Shown here piece by piece: positions 5,883 through 6,776 of a stretch of 6,776 nucleotides of DNA. The notes below the pieces were generated by a model. It made no database searches, was not told the origin of the DNA, and saw only the letters and a list, made by a program, of their open reading frames with translations. Position 1 is the first letter of the stretch, and each line of letters starts with the position of its first letter. Source of the stretch: a bacterium (GTDB taxonomy: Bacteria > Sysuimicrobiota > Sysuimicrobiia > Sysuimicrobiales > Humicultoraceae); the NCBI GenBank assembly GCA_041497675.1, contig JBGQGY010000159.1, positions 1 to 6,776 on the forward strand, read 5' to 3'. Made by a program: the position numbers and the translations under genes.

Positions 5883-6714
5883 TCCTTAGGATGGCATCGG
5901 ACATTCTGGCGACACGAACCATTGACTGCACATCGTGTACGCGGACAATGTCCGCTCCTTGGGCGATGGCAAGGGCGACAGTAGCCGCTGTGCCTTCTAA
6001 GCGCTCGTTCACGGGAAGGCCTCCTAGTACCTTGCCGATGGTTCCCTTCCGAGAGGTGCCAATGACGATTGGCCGCCCCAGGGACCGAAGCTCTCCGAGA
6101 CGCCGCAGGATTTCTAAGTTCTCCTGCACCGTCTTGCTGAACCCAAACCCGGGGTCGATCAGAATACGGTCGAGCGCGATACCTACCGCCACAGCCGCCT
6201 CGATCCTCTCGGTCAGAAAGGCACGCACCTCGTGGAGAATGTCACGAGAGACGGAGTTCTGCGGTATCCTCCAAGGCATGCCCCACCCGTGCATGATCAC
6301 AACCGGGACCTGAGCCTCCGCCACGACCATGGCCATCTGAGGATCTCCTCGCAGCGCACTGACGTCATTGATCATCGCGGCCCCGGCTCGCAGGGCCTGC
6401 CGTGCCACTTCCGGCTTCGTCGTATCGACCGACACGACGGCACCGAGCTCACCCACGAGGCGCGTGATGAGGGGGATGACCCGGCGGAGTTCCTCGGCCA
6501 GCGGCACGGGCTCAGCTCCATGGCGAGTGGACTCCCCGCCCACGTCAAGGATGTCGGCGCCCTCCGCGGCGAGCATTCTCCCCCGGGTCAATGCCGCCTC
6601 GAGTTCCATCACGCCATCACCCGCGAAGGAGTCAGGCGTCACGTTGAGGATGCCCATGGTATATGTTCGCCGGCCTAGCTCAAGGCGCAGCCGGCCGACC
6701 TGCAAGGTTCCCAT
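5875..6714 (-). CDS. folP: Dihydropteroate synthase
   Basis: Motifs MGILNVTPDSF, GADILDVGGESTR, EELRRVIP, SVDTTK, INDVSA, DPGFGF, GTSRK and GADIVRVHDV. The start is ambiguous between ATG 6714 (chosen) and in-frame TTG 6759. Confidence 0.96.
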   Translation of the reverse strand: MGTLQVGRLRLELGRRTYTMGILNVTPDSFAGDGVMELEAALTRGRMLAAEGADILDVGGESTRHGAEPVPLAEELRRVIPLITRLVGELGAVVSVDTTKPEVARQALRAGAAMINDVSALRGDPQMAMVVAEAQVPVVIMHGWGMPWRIPQNSVSRDILHEVRAFLTERIEAAVAVGIALDRILIDPGFGFSKTVQENLEILRRLGELRSLGRPIVIGTSRKGTIGKVLGGLPVNERLEGTAATVALAIAQGADIVRVHDVQSMVRVARMSDAILRNA

Positions 6715-6776
6715 AGGGCTGTAGGCGGGGATTCCCCTTCGCTGAGCCCACCCCGTCAACTAAACCCCCCGCACGC

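Noticed and set aside
6760..6776. Possible 3' end of an upstream gene (...VRGV* on the minus strand)
   Set aside because: Only 17 nt are visible, so it cannot be identified or shown to be coding.

Overview
GC-rich bacterial window. The right half is a minus-strand folate operon: folP, folB, then a 406-aa ORF in which FolK (HPPK) runs in-frame into a divergent HisA-like (beta/alpha)8 barrel. The barrel keeps the Amadori-isomerase catalytic aspartates but has lost the Asp127-equivalent and gained acidic residues beside the second (AICAR-side) phosphate site. It is the most interesting element here and may be a repurposed isomerase feeding the pterin branch of folate synthesis (a possible FolE bypass). 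The left half looks like an accessory region. It holds the 3' end of a YbhB/YbcL (PEBP) gene that the ORF track missed, a COG1373 AAA_14/DUF4143 ATPase with a tandem palindromic operator-like array over its promoter and RBS, a YeiH/UPF0324 transporter fragment truncated at both ends, and a two-domain SagB/ThcOx-type nitroreductase with no RiPP partners in view. All family calls come from motif recognition by eye; no database searches were run.
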